A model generated the notes under the pieces. That model was not told where the DNA came from. It ran no database searches and was given only the letters and a program-made list of their open reading frames with translations. From contig NOWV01000011.1 in the NCBI GenBank assembly GCA_003344405.1, forward strand, positions 682,001 through 746,000: a DNA stretch of 64,000 nt. The letters run 5' to 3'. The first letter of the stretch is position 1; each line of letters opens with the position of its first letter. Made by a program: the position numbers and the translations under genes. The stretch is from Trichoplax sp. H2 (taxonomy: Eukaryota). This document shows positions 1 through 16,064 of this stretch, in pieces.

Positions 1-1649
1 TTGGATCTTCAACCCCAATGAACCGACCAATGCAACCGCTACCAGTAGTTCCAACCGCAGATTCATATGCTATGTGGTATCCAACTGTGCGTCGCACATT
101 GCTATGCTTGTCAAAATTATACAGATGTGTTGATGTAAGTAGGATGATTTAGTGAGCCTCTGCGAAGATATCGCTTAAATGTAGTTTTCACTTTTTCATT
201 TAGAAATATATCTTTGAAGGACTATCCCAGGAAGCTATTTCTGTCTGCATCCGATCTTTAATCAAAGCTAGTCAAATGATTATAAGCAAAAAGGTTGCTG
301 AGATTTTCAATATCATCTGAGTTAGTAACAACGAATTAAAATGCAGAATTATTTTCTTTTTGAATAGAGTAAAACCGATGGCTACCTATTTATTATTAAA
401 CATATATTAATATTACGAGAACAAATAGCCCCATTTGAAGTCGAATTTGCCGTGAAAGAAACTTCACTTGACTTTAGCCATATTAAAGGTTTAACAATAC
501 TTTTTAATACTTGAAATATTTTTTAATGTCTACTAACATCGCTTCTTGGTGTAAAATTGTTGTAGATGTTGCGTACGATTTGTACTTGAAGGGTCGCAAA
601 GGTTTGACGTTGGATAGTAATAACACTGTTCTAAAGTTACTACTGGATGTAAGCTCAACTATAACGATAATTTTTTTTAAAATAAAATTGATTAAAAATT
701 CGATTTGGAGGGAAATGATCTATAAAATCATATTGTTTTTATCTAGGGTATTCCGCATGTCACTGAAAGTTACGTCGATTCTAAAGAAAATGTGAATAAG
801 AATTTAAAGGAATATTGTCAACTATTTATAAATCATGTCACAGATCTGTTTGTAGCTCCTATTAAAGCATTTATGGATAGGGTAAGTATTGCATTTTCTA
901 AACATTGTTCGTATGTAAGAAAATATCTGAGCTACGTTTTGATTTTAAAATAAATTTGTGCGGTAATATAGGCAGAAGTGATTTTGTCAATGGACAAGAA
1001 CAACTCTAAAAATAATAAGGTTTTTCTGGCAAAACAACCTTTCGCGCAACCTGGCAAGTTATTTACAAATACAAACTATAATTTTATGTTCTCAGTTTTA
1101 GCAGTTAATTTATGGTTATATTTTTCTGAAATCCTTTAGAAAAAGTTCGTGAAGTTATTAATGAAACGTATACAGGTATAAAAAGAAAGGTTACCGGCAT
1201 TTTAATGAGTATGTCTATTTATTTGTCCAACAAAGATACCGAATACATTCTATTTAAGCCAATTAAGGTAATAACGAATTAGTTTAGGTTTTTCTTATTG
1301 AATCGTTCGACGTGATTTAAACTATCATGATTTCCTGGATCGCTAAAATTTAATATTTGGCGTATAATTAGGCGAATGTATTACAAACTTTTAAGAAGGC
1401 ATCAGAACTGATTTCGTCAAATTATTCTGATGAAGACCAACAAATTATAGGCTGTCCATCTCAAGATCAGGTAATTACATCGTTAGATGTTATATATATT
1501 AAAGACTTTATCACAAAATTCTTCCATGAGGATGTCTTGAATGTCTTTTACAGTCAACACAACTGTTATAGTTATGCATTTCTTATTTTGTTTACTTACT
1601 AAATTAGGTTACAATGCTACTTGCAACAACGAAAGTAGCAGAAGATTGA
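1..1649 (+). CDS. COG3: Conserved oligomeric Golgi complex subunit 3, 3' exons only (gene starts upstream of window)
   Basis: Hand-spliced exons give [26 protein letters not shown] / [19 protein letters not shown] / [20 protein letters not shown] ... [12 protein letters not shown] / [13 protein letters not shown], matching the COG3 C-terminus; GT-AG introns; stop TGA ends 1649. Confidence 0.93.
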
Positions 1650-2526
1650 AACGTTACGAGATTATAATATTAAGAATTCTATTATTAGCAACAGTGTGGC
1701 TTTTATTGCAAACAATGCAATTTGTATATATGTTAAAATTGAAGCTTGCTTCATCATTTTCCCTTTCAAATTAACTTGTCCATAATATAATGTATTGAGC
1801 AGTCTTTATAGCACTAAGATTATATCGATCTGTGATAATTTTTGTTTTGAAACAGCAAAATATGCGGCTATATTTAGCAACGGTAGCAACGGTAGCAACG
1901 TGAAGTTATTGCTACTCTCTTTACTGTACTGTATGTATGTCTCTAACTGCTATTACAATTTGGAAACTAAATCAAAATTTTTATTAAACATTTGTAACCT
2001 AACTTACGCGAGAAGTCAAAGAGTATTTTTACAATGTTTTTGTCTCAAGTACTGCATTAATATCAATACTAGAACAATTAGTATTGTGGCTATAGTAATG
2101 AAAGCAGACTATCAATTGCTATTACTGACATAGGCTGGATACTGGTTATTGCCCTGGGTATATATGTACAGTTACACAAAAACAACACAAAATAATGGCA
2201 TAATTAGGCTAAGCTTTATTTAGATAAATTCGTGCATTTTTCATCGTTATTCGATGGCTTATAGCGTAAATCTGTAACATACCGGCGATAAGGATGTATT
2301 TTTTGGATACTATAATTAAACGTGATATGAACAGGTATTTACGATAGAAACTGCGATGAATGCTTTAAATAGATCTGTAACTAATTAATTATCTGAAACT
2401 AGAGATACAGTACATTGGTCATGCAGTTATTTGAATCAAATAGAGTAGATTACTTGTGATTATGCTAGAAACGACTACGGACGATTACTCAATCGTGGGA
2501 ATTATATAACTATTAGTAGCTATACT

Positions 2527-4178
<1,652 letters not shown>

Positions 4179-5792
4179 CTCTGCATACAACCTGTAAAGA
4201 AAAAAATAATATTACGAGTACTGTCTACACAGCGAGATCACGATCGTGCTATCCATTTATGGGTTATTTTCCATTATCATTAAAGCATAATACTGATCAA
4301 TATTGCATTGAAAATCAAGACTATTTAATACAGTATACAGTACAATCCATGATTCAATTTGTCCTTTTATAGTATGACTGCTAGTTCAAGACTAGAATAG
4401 CACAATATACAATATGGATACATAGGTGAAATGTTTTATTATCGCCAAGTATGTAGAGATGGTCGATCAATAAATGCATGGAATCATGAAGAAAGGCAGA
4501 AAACCTGCAAGTCAGCACGCTCTAAACGAATACTAGCATAAGTTTGATTTCACTTTTAACCGAAACAATTTGTTGACACGGTCAACGATATAGTTCATTC
4601 CTAATACCTACTGGTATCAGGGGCTACTGAAAGGGAGAAGATATTATGCTACTAGAATTAGAATGGGACCGAATCTGTGCATTGCATTCTTTGTTACAAC
4701 TTGGTATGGTATTTTTTTGGCTACTGGTATTGATGTGACTGTAGCCACTGTTCCTCCATCAGCTATGGCCATGAGGCCATGATGGTGTATTTTCACTGTT
4801 GTTGAAGTAACAACTTGTTGATCAGGCTTTGTATTGTAGACTTGGCACGAGTTGTATTTACCTTTTTTTTTATTATTAATGATGTTAAGTTGTTGAAAAG
4901 ATTTTGGTCATCATCCTGGCATTATTTTATGGGCTGTAGGAACAAGTCGAGTGAGAAGTATAGAAACTACTGCAGACTATTTGGTTAGATTAGCAAAATG
5001 CCGAGTCGTATTCATTGCATGCATGATATGAACCCGATCATAATTTGCACGCCCATCTGATTTGCAAGAAGAAACTGCGCATTGCATTTTTGTTTTATTT
5101 TATCCGTCAGCAAGTATTCATTATTCCACGATTCGATTCTCGTTGATAGGACGACTAGAAATGTCTATTAGAGTATCGTCGATGAAGAGGAGCACGGTGA
5201 TCCACTATCCCCATTCTCTATTCCTATTTGTTGTACTGTCTCTATCTCAGAGCAACCTAAAAATCTATTTTCTTTTTACTTTCTACTGGGTATTTAAATG
5301 ACTGCTATTGGAATTGCAATAACTTATAGCAATGGGGTTTATGCTATTTGTTAGTAAAATAAATAAATAAAGGAATTGCATTTATGCATGGATACACTAT
5401 CCATGTTATGGACAGTATACCAATCGCTTGAACAAGGCAAGGCAGTCTAGTCATTGTGAAGCACTTGTGCTACTACTCTCCGAGGAGATCGCATTGATGG
5501 TTTGTCGTCATTGTAGGCTGGTTTTCGCTTGATTTCCTATCCATGGCTTGATAACAATCGAGATCCGTCTATCATGACATATCTAGATACGCATACTTAC
5601 GCTAATTTTTGGATCCAATTGCAACTAGCTGGATAGCAAGACGGAGTAATTTCCAGCTACGCTGCAGCGATTTCTTCTTTCTCCTAGCGTAAGGTGATTA
5701 AAAGGTTAATGGCAACGACGGTTTGGATTCAAGGCGGTAATCCAAGTCCAGATTGGCTTCACAATTGATGTTGACATGGCTACGGTATCACC

Positions 5793-6240
5793 TACAGTAC
5801 AGTATCACCTGTTTGCGCACAATACGTACTGTACAGTGTGCACTGTACACTGTACTGTACACTAGGATGATAGAAGTCCATGGTGCAGTTGCTGTGTACT
5901 GCATCGGACCAAAATGTGTAAAATAAATGTCATGTCATTTCTTGTTGCTAAAATGTAAACAACGCCTACATTTACGACATCTATTTTGCATCGAGGTGGA
6001 TTGTATTGTATGAATAGACCCGTTGTGGTTGGCAGATTCAGGACTCTTCCAGAACCTCTGCGGTCTTGATAAATAAGTGAAGAAAATGACATGTACTTTA
6101 ACTATACAGTATAGTTTGAAGTAGATACTAACAGTGCTCAACTTGCTGTAGAGTAGTATTGTACTATGGACTACAACTACTGTAGAACATCGTTGACGGT
6201 GTACAGTACAGTAGGGGACAAAAATCCCTGGTTGTACTGT
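5793..6240. promoter_or_regulatory. Putative bidirectional promoter EBPL/LIPE with TACAG/CTGTA arrays and ATGGACTAC motif
   Basis: Lies between divergent 5' ends; dense tacagtac/ctgtac/gtacac runs at about 5793-5862 and 6160-6240; tatggactac at 6165. Confidence 0.55.
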
Positions 6241-6663
6241 TTAGACTATGAGAAGAAGACTATAGTAGGTATTGTAGTAGGTCATCGCTACCAAGTTGGT
6301 TTTACACAGTATGATGTCTAGTTACAGCTGTAGCGTATAGTTCAATTGACCGTAAAAATCGTAGCTTCCATATGATTGTCTCCTCAGGGCCGCGTCCATC
6401 CTTCTCGTTTTCCGAATATTGAGCCGTCGCCATTGTATACTACTGCTATACAGTGTATTGAACGCTTATAACGTGTTAAGTCGCTGACTGTACTTTCACT
6501 ACTGTCTCGATCTTCGATTGGATTAATACGGGTGTTGTTATTTTTCTCGACCCCTTTTGCCCTTTGCCCTCATAGATTGATCAACTCCTAATGGAAAATT
6601 AGCTTTAATTGGCGAGTAGAGAAAGTATAACTTGTCCCTTGTTCAACAGAGTGGGTTTCCCTT

Positions 6664-9600
6664 ATGCAAAACGAAAGGGAACTGAAGGCGATGGAAGATA
6701 GGAATGGATTTTCCTGGCAAAGAGGCGAAATGAAGAGACAAGAATCATCCACAGACGACGTCTTCTTGATCGAGAAACAAACCACTACTACTGCTGCTGG
6801 AAGCAATGGCCATTTCAATAAGCGATGCCATGATTCTTGTACCATCAATCAGACCTATTTCCAGCGTTGTATGGATCGACTTAAAGCTACAGCTAATGGC
6901 AATCATTACTCACCCTTATTACAACTGTTAACTCAAATTGATAACCTTACCGACCAAATTGAAAATCATTTTATCTCCTTGGACAAGTTGTCCGATAGCG
7001 AGAAATCACTGATTGGCTACGTCCAGTGTATCAAGATAGATATGATTCACTTAGTCGATCATCATTTATGGTATATATTAGATAGGATTCATACCTACGA
7101 TTGTTGGCAAGATGGTACCAAAGGCAATGGCTATCGATCTGTTTTAACCGTGATGCAGTCATGCTTAGTTAAAATGAAAACAGTTTTAGCCAGTGTTCAA
7201 GTCAACATGAAAAAATTACTCTTTCGTTTAGCCAAATATTTGACTGAATTGGAAGATTTTACGCGTGTTTTCTCTCATCTAGCCAGTATGTTACAAGCCA
7301 TGAAACAACTTATGATGTTAACATCGGACGGTCGATTATTTCATGAATTCAATAATACATCCCATGATTTTTTACAGCAAGTGGATAATTTAGATCAAGA
7401 ATGTTTTTATGGCCGCGTTTTCGCATTTCAAGTAAGGCAAAGGACAATATTTATCTTTGTCCAATACTTGTTTCCCTATGAACCAGTCCAAATTGTGCTT
7501 TTGCAGTTTTACATTATTCTTTCACAAACTCTTTCGTCTCCGTTCATATGCTTATAGTTAATGTATCCAATCATGTCTAGTAGAATATATTAAACACATG
7601 CTTACAGTAGATGCAATAGACGGTGATTAGAATCCAACAGGATTCATTTACCTTAAGTTTATTAAAGTCGGCGAGTTATTTTCAAATGTCAACTACAAGG
7701 CGCTTAGTAAAGTTGTCACAAATAGTCCCAATGATATTTTCCCTTCGAGTTGGATGGATTTATCCACTGAGTAAATTACACATCTTGTCACAAATTGAAG
7801 GATACGAATTGTAATTTAATTCTCATTGACTCGTAGGAATAAAAGAAAACTCTTTATGCATTAACTGTACTGAGTTATTATTATTATTATTTCTATATCA
7901 TAATACCAATCCTGTCTACTTTATTTTCTAACCTACTGAGCATGGACTACATTAATTAATTCCAAGTCTACTGGAGTGGTGTCAAAAATTGGTTCTCGTC
8001 TCTATTTTACAAACACAGAGTAAAACCCCAGTAGAAACATCCAATTTTTATTACCTCCATTCATATCGTTTTTTTTCGCTTATTTATTTGTTTTATTTTA
8101 TAAACATTTGATCACGCCATCTCATCATAGAAAATGAATAAAATGAACCTTATTTTCTCTTTCCCATATTTAATCAGACATGAAGCATACGCCCAGTAGA
8201 TCATCTATAGCAGTCAAATGATTCAAAGAAAATTTCAGTATAAAAGGATAAATCATTATTTTACAACTGTAATGTAAAATTTTCGACGTCTTCAGTCTAT
8301 TGTGATTTAATTTGTGGTATCTAACCAACAATATCATAGGAAATTTTATCGCCGAAAATTATGACAATACCATTGCTTTATTTTTATTTTTTATCACCTC
8401 CTTATAGCGAATAGAACTGTTATTCTTGACGTCAATGCCAAACTGTGTTATATTGTGTCGTTATATCTTTATATTATTTGACTTGATTGAATTATCGCTT
8501 AATGCTGCATTCATCTTGTTTCTGCCTATAGTATCCGGACTCGATCGCGAATTCTTTAAAAGTAATTAATCTTATGATGGCGGCCTATGGTGAAGCTTTT
8601 GCCCGTCATAATAATATTGCTGTGCGCGCTGCTGGTTTAGTGTTGTATAGTGCCAAGTATTATTCGAATCCACAATTAAAAGCGAGACAAATTGTCGATT
8701 TATCCAAAAATCAACAGATAGAATTTACTAAATCATTTTGGCAGCTGAACGAAAATCAGCTATTACGGGTAGGATTATATCAAGTACAATAATCATGATA
8801 AGCAAAGCATTCAAAAATATCTTATAATTATTAATTATACCATATTTTCTAGATACAATTATTTTTCTGAATATGCTAGCATTTGCAATCTTGAGTAGAT
8901 AATTCATTTGCCGTTAATAGTAATTAGCTAAGCCAGGCGTACCGTGGCTGAATAGGAATACTTTAGAAATTGCCTAATTGCTATTAATTAATTTTTTTCA
9001 ACATGCGTATTAATCTATTTTCCTATAATGACCAGCATGTACCGTCTTTGCTGTGTAACTCGGTTGCCGTTAACCAAACCATTCAAGTTAAAATGGAAAC
9101 GATAAATATTCACAACACGGATAACAAACTGATGGTGATACCATTCCCTGGAAATAATCCTGATGCAGTGATCAATATGAGATTACTGTCATATTACGCT
9201 CGGAAAGGACAGGTAGATAATACGTCATACTACACCTATATTTGAATTTAGTATTGATCCTTAACGGTACTTTCCATTGAAAATTTAGGAAGTGAATAAG
9301 TTGGTCACATTTATGACAACGCTGCAATTTCGTGAAATGCCATACTCGAAAGGAATCGTAATCCATTTCCATGGCGGAGGATTTATTGCTCAGTCTTCCA
9401 GATCACACGAGGTAATTTTTAAAATATGAAGTGTAATAAGAAATTAAATATTAATAGTAAATAGGATTAATCAAATCATTTCCTATTATACGCTCTTATA
9501 GTTACCTCATTGTACATACTATCTCTACATATACCAGTATAGACTAAATGCACGCTTACTTCAATTAGATTTATCTAAGGTCTTGGGTAAGAAATTTGGA

Positions 9601-10522
9601 CGTGCCAGTTGTTAGTATAGACTATACCTTGTCACCGGAAGCTTCATTTCCTTACGCTATTGAAGAATGCTTTTATGCCTACTGTTGGATATTGCAACAT
9701 ATTTCATTGATGGGTTCTACTGCAGAATATGTATGTTTGACTGGTGATTCAGCAGGTGCTACGCTTGCCGTATGTGTCGCTATGAGAGCTGCTGAATATG
9801 GTCTTCGAATACCTGATGGCATCGTGTGCTCATATCCTGCTTTCATGTTTAGAAGTGCTGCTTCTCCATCACGTTGTTTGTCCTACTTCGATCCGTTATT
9901 GCAGCAAGGATTTCTAACAACCTGTTTGTCCGCCTATCTTGGCGTTACAGTCGACAACGCTCACGTAAATAAATCATCGACTACTTCCAATGGAATAGAC
10001 AAAGTAGATAATGATAACATTGTTAATGGCGATATAGTAGATGAAAATAATAACATTCAGTGTACAAAAGATGTTCCTAAAAACGAAAGCAGCAGCCCAA
10101 GACCAATCCTTTCCTTAACCGATCATGTGCTTGATAATCCATATTTATCACCTCTTCTAGCTGACGATAATCTATTATCCAAAATACCGCCTATGAGAAT
10201 TAACGTAAGTTTATTATAAACTTCCAAATGCTATCGTAACAAGAAGATAGCAATTTTAACCGGGCACTAATCAACAGTGATTTGTTCATTCTTTTGATTA
10301 CAATTCCTATTTTAGGCATGCGATCTTGATCCAATATTGGATGATTCAATTGCATTTGCTCGACGTCTGAAAAGGGTTGGTGTAGATGTTCAAGTACGGG
10401 TATTTTCTGAGTTACCGCATGGTTTTCTAAATTTTGTGTATATTAGTGAAGAAGCTACTGCTGCTTCTGATGAGATTGTCAGTCAAATGAAGTCATTTCT
10501 ATCTGATAGCACCTCAAGCTAG
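6664..10522 (+). CDS. LIPE: Hormone-sensitive lipase, 6 exons (6664-7431, 8532-8768, 9036-9212, 9289-9411, 9569-10204, 10316-10522)
   Basis: HSL N-terminal domain ([17 protein letters not shown]), HFHGGGF oxyanion motif, GDSAG nucleophile, [15 protein letters not shown] acid, LPHGFL histidine; in-frame GT-AG splicing. Confidence 0.92.
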
Positions 10523-11338
10523 AGATGCAATCAGATAGTAATTGCAAATTTACGTCTTCGATAAAATTGATCATTTTGATATTGCACTCATTTTATCACA
10601 ACTTCGGTATTAAAAATATTTGTAATTTATATATATATTTGTGGAATAATTCCGAATATTTACAGTATAGCATATAAAGGATTATCTGTAGGAGATATTG
10701 TACTGCAATATGTTATCGTGGAAATTGTTAATTTATTCAGTTTTCAAGTAATGATAATTCTACGGTATAACATTTCTGGTTAATGAAACTGAAAAATAGA
10801 TATACATGTTACTGTATATTAATAGTAGATTTAGTTTGTTTGGAACGCTGGACATATGGATTTGAACTTTACCAATATTTATATTACATACACGCTTTCT
10901 ACATTTATTCATGTAAGATGTGTGACGAGATATTTATGACACATTAGAAATATCAAAAGTTAATATTCATAGCATTTTTACAGTTTAACAATGGTCTCCT
11001 GTTCATCCTTATTTTGTTTTTAGCCTTATTAGCCTTTCTTATCTATAATGACTATTCACCTTAGGATACATTTTCAATGAAAATGTATCACAGTATGGCG
11101 ATCGTTTTTAGTATAACTTGAGGATAATAAATAAAAATCTAAGTAAATTTTCACTGAGCTAATGCTGATGACGAAATATTGAGGTGAAGGATTTGTACGG
11201 AGTATTTACATACATCAACACAGTCAAAAAAATTCCATAAGTACATACAGTAATGATATTAAATAACTTTTGAATAAGTTAGTTGTTTTAGAAGTATTTG
11301 TGAAAACTAAAACAATCAAAGTGGCTAATTCTGTAAGA

Positions 11339-13423
11339 TTATGTTGAAAATAGGTCATCTCTGCTATGATTACTTGTATCGTTATACAGTACTGAGTTGT
11401 CATAGTCGATGTAACCTAAATTTATTCGACAAGCTTCAGGCCGTGAAGTGTTCGCCATTGATCGAAAGCTATTGTAACAGAAACATTGTATAGCAAATTA
11501 GATTGCGAAAATGATCACATATTCAATATTTCAGAAAATGCGATCCAGTAATAATTTATTTGTCTCACTAAAGGGAAAAATCAAACAGTATGATAACATT
11601 GTGTGTGTAAAGCCCTGCTCAAGGGTTCATTTCTAACCGTTTCGTCCATATTCGATATAAAATGCCTCCGATAATCACCAACAGACAAAATCCAACACTA
11701 ATCCCAATAGATAACATTTGAGTCACGGATTGTCGTGTTTCATTAGCATCCACTGCTAGTAACAGAATTTAAAACTCATTAACCGCGTAATAAGTGGCAA
11801 AAAAAATTGAAATTATTAAAGCCAAAAATGACTTATTACCTGTAGTATTGACCCTAGTATCATTAGTACCTATTTCGCGGTATGAGATAGTTGATTATTT
11901 ATTGGTCATGAAAATGATATATATATTCAACATGGATATAAAAGTATTATCAGAATTCTTACCATGGCTATCGGAGAGACTATTAGTATGTGTTGGAGAA
12001 ATTGAATTTAAGATTGTCGAAGTTTCTACATCAGGCTTAGAAGTTTGTGTTGCGGTAATCATTATATCGGGAGAACATACGGTTGATGCGCTTGGAATTA
12101 ATTTATCTGTAATCATAGATTCTTTCTTTATCGTTGTTGAGATCTCGATTTCTGTAGTTGTAGTTGGGCTAGTCGTAGTTTGTAAGGTTGCAGTTTCCTC
12201 AGTTATCGTAGCAGATAGTATGTCAAGCGATGATGAAGTGGATAATGAACGGCAACATTTAAATGGAGAAACTAAAGAGTAATAATTACGTCGTTTAAGT
12301 AAACAGAAAGTGGCCAGAAAATTTGAATATCAAGTCAAGTTATAAAAATTTGCAACATAAGGCAACTTACCTGCTCCAACGAGCAACATTAATTTTAAGC
12401 TGTCTCCAATGTAATCTCTAGAAAGCAAAGTGCAAGTGTAGCAATTTTGCGGCTTTAACCCCTTTAAAATGAGGGAAGTTTGATTTGTATCGGCTTGAAT
12501 AGAATGACAGAAATGGTTCGTCGATGCACACTCTACGACATAGTGATGCTTGTGATGATTATCGTCAGCATGAGACCAGGTGAATAGAGCAGAGGAATTA
12601 GAGCGATTAACAAGTTCAAAATGTTTCGGCTCCTTAGGTGGTACTACATTTAGATCATAAAAATGGAGTAAATATAATAATTGTTGATTTTTTATATCGT
12701 GTCATGCTAACTCTCTCTTCATCTACTTTTGGATTGTTAAATCATTCCATTACCTATTTTTACTGTAAGCATTATAAGAATAGTTAAATCACAATGAATA
12801 TTTACAAAGCTATACGTAGCGCACAAAATTGTAGTCATTTTTACGTTGTAGTTGATTATACAACATTAAGGAGACTTGTTAGTTTTTTATTTGTTGAAAA
12901 TATCTAAAAATTGTAATGGTTGATTATTCACAATTTATTTACACCCGGCGCTTAGCAGAGAATGATGTATTTAAATAAATAATAAACTATTACCTAAGAC
13001 ATTGAGTTTAATAGTTTTTTTATCATCTTGCATAGCGGAAAAATACGAAGCAGCACATTTATAAATACCATCATGGCTTGTTGTGATATTGAGGATAGTG
13101 ATCCCTATTGTAACATTTGTCATTGATTTGTTATAAAAGCTTTTAACGGTTGATTGATCTCCTTCGTCAATTAAATAATCTTTATTAGAATTCATAACCA
13201 ATAAGTATGGTGGCCACGTCTTTTCTACTTTACCAAAGGATAATAAATCTAAAGGTCTTCCTTGATTGTCAATTAGCCTGGCTGTACATTGTAAACTTAT
13301 AGTTTGATGGATTACCGGGGAAATTGGACTATTAGGTGTTATTATAACATCGCTCATGACATGAGCGATGTCTGCCAGAAAAATAACTATTACTAGAAAG
13401 AGCAACGCCAATTTATTCCACAT
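11339..13423 (-). CDS. Type I membrane protein: signal peptide - Ig domain - FN3 - Ser/Thr-rich stalk - TM - short Tyr-containing tail
   Basis: Signal MWNKLALLFLVIVIFLA; Ig cysteines LQC...DGIYKC; FN3 exon PPKEP...FTW...LKGLKPQNCY; S/T-rich exon; 30-nt micro-exon 11840-11869; TM MLSIGISVGFCLLVIIGGILY; last exon ...RINLGYIDYDNSVLYNDT...FST*. Confidence 0.75.
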
Positions 13424-16064
13424 TAATTAATTTTTTCTGCTATAATTGCTAGATGGTAATCTAAAATTTGAAATTACGTAAACTTTAATTTATTATTACT
13501 TTTCTTACATCAACAATTGTAGAAGTACATAAAATTCATTAAGGAAAGTAATTTGCTGAAGCTTTTTGAACTTCTAAATTACATTAGTCGATATATATTT
13601 ATTATCTTATCCTTAGGCTAATTTAACAAAACAGTTTATGATGACATAAGCTACAATAAAATAAAGCTTTTATAATGACGAAATGCGAGTGAGTTAATTT
13701 ATTAGTATCTAAAGCGGATAGAAGGGGTACAACCGTATAAATTATGAACTATCTCTGGCGGGTATGGTAGTCGCTGCTACCGTTAATACTACTCAATAAA
13801 TTGTTTTATTCCATTCTTTTAGTAATCTCTGTACTCTGGCTCAACGGATGTTTATTATATTATTCAATAGACAATAACTTTTTATTACTATGTATTAAAA
13901 TTTTACTAACTTTATTTTATTATCAATTAACCTAGGTATACATAAATGATAATGGGGGCAGCATGAAGTAAGTACCTGATATTAAGTTGAAGGTTTGGTA
14001 AAACTGAAAGGTGGTACTGGATAAATATCTTCAGTCACCGTGGTTAATTTCAATGGTAAGGAATTATTCCATGTAATGGCTATACGCTGTCTTATATGCC
14101 TTTATACTGGCATTTTGAAAGTGTTGTTTATCATGTGTTCATTGGATTTTTCGAGTCTATTAATATCAACGATGAATATTATTTATTTATAGCAGCGAAT
14201 TAGTTTACCTTATTTCACGTTACGTTGATTGCATGGTTGAAAGACGTAAATTAATGCTAAAAATAAATTAGTGCTATGTAACCTTAGCATACGTACGCGT
14301 GGGCAGGTATATTTTATCTGTTACTATGTAGGGCGTTCTATGTCTTATATTGGTGATGTTGATGTTGTTTTTCGATAAGGACCACTCGACAACGAGTTGT
14401 TTTCCCCCTTCCTTATACTGCAGAACATGAGAAGAAGAAAAAAATTGATAGCGTAGTCCGTATTGTTAACAGGTTTAATATAGCAAAGCACACGATGTTG
14501 GCTTTATCTTCAAATATGGGATCTACTCGCATAGTTTATATGGATCATAATTGGCCGTTTATGGGAATGTGAATACTTATGAGTATATTCTCCCCTTCTA
14601 TACTTTAAGATTGCGAAGAAATTGGTGAATAGTCTCTACTTTTAACAGGGTTCATAGTGAAGGATACGATAGTAACCGTGTCCTTAATATGTTATATACG
14701 GATTATACGTGCACATTGAGTATAGTCGTAGTTTCTGAAATGGGAATACCGTTATTTTCTCTTTTTATAGATTAAATTAAGGAGAAATCATAAATACTGA
14801 AGTACTTTTAATTTTGGACAAGCTAATAGCAAAAGGGTACAACAATACTTCTATCTTTAATAGTATATGTGCTACATATATGTGCATAGAGAGAAAGAGA
14901 GAGATACCATAATTGTAGTCTGTGAAATATTAAGTCTCTGACTATTATGTAATATCGCCTCTGTTATTGCTTCATAAGGGGATCAAGTTTCGGTCATTAG
15001 AGCTCTTTGCAATTTCTGTGATGAAGACAATTATAACCTTTTATCACACCCCATTGGACGTCATAGAGTGAAGAGAAATGAAAAATAATGCTATATTCAG
15101 CTATAAGTGGTTACTATGTCATCGTCTACGTGTAGTGTATTTATGTTTCCACTACTTCTGACAGTTACCAAAACAAATTTGAATACCAGTGTGATTTGTT
15201 GTTAACTGCTAGGATATGCATATTGAACGGTGTAATATTAGCCTAGTAGAAATGTATTACTAGGTTAGAAGTATAATGAAAAGTTGATAGACTAAACAAG
15301 TTAAGTTTTCTGCTAATCTATCTCAATCATTTGGTAAATTTGAGCTGATATTTGCCAATATTTAAGCGATCAAATTCATATTGCGTAACTTAATTAAAGT
15401 ACAGTACAGTACAATGAGTGTACTTCTGGGCTTTGGATATTCAACTCCAATACCTAACTTAAATCATATCGAACCTCCTAGATGAAAGCTTAATTTGAAC
15501 ATCTACATCTTATGAAATTGCGTTAGTGCATGGTAAAATTGGCATTGAACATATTATATATCATTCTCTGGACGCAGTTCAGCCCATGTCAGTTTGAAAA
15601 TTCAAGATCTTTTAGCATCTAATACCGATACTGCAATACGCTTATATGAAGATTGCTCGATGCTGTAGTTGCAAACGATACAACGGAGATTCAGGACTGA
15701 GAAGGAAATCTTATATTTAGATTTATAGAAAGTGATCCTCATAATATGGTAGACACTTTACCAGTCCTTCGTCAGCTGAGCTGGCAGAGAGTAAACGAAT
15801 GATTTAATTGTTTCGCCTACTGTTCATTTAGGTATCGTGACTATTTGTTCTGCTGTCGACTCACTTCAATACTAGTCATTCTCCATACTAGAAATTCTAT
15901 GAAAATTCTTTTAGCATCAGGTGCAGTCTTTGGTATTCATTTTAACCCTAAGCCTCACTCCTTAAACTGCCGGCTTTTTGTACCCTCAACGGCAGTTTGT
16001 CCATTTTCTATTCGAAGTCACGGTTCTCTATCCCAGATACTGTATTCAATAATTCATCTTTACA

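Noticed and set aside
11794-12282. 162-aa plus-strand ORF rich in V/I
   Set aside because: Antisense shadow of the Ser/Thr-rich exon of the Ig-FN3 gene
13900-15840. Possible hidden or degraded gene upstream of the Ig-FN3 gene
   Set aside because: Only short stop-interrupted frames with no recognisable motif; may be a 5' intron
15940-16000. TAACCCTAA (telomerase-template-like) followed by a 9-bp hairpin aaactgccg/cggcagttt with a U-rich loop
   Set aside because: No downstream P3 partner strand for a pseudoknot and no recognisable CR4/5 or H/ACA domain; a 9-mer like this is unremarkable in AT-rich DNA
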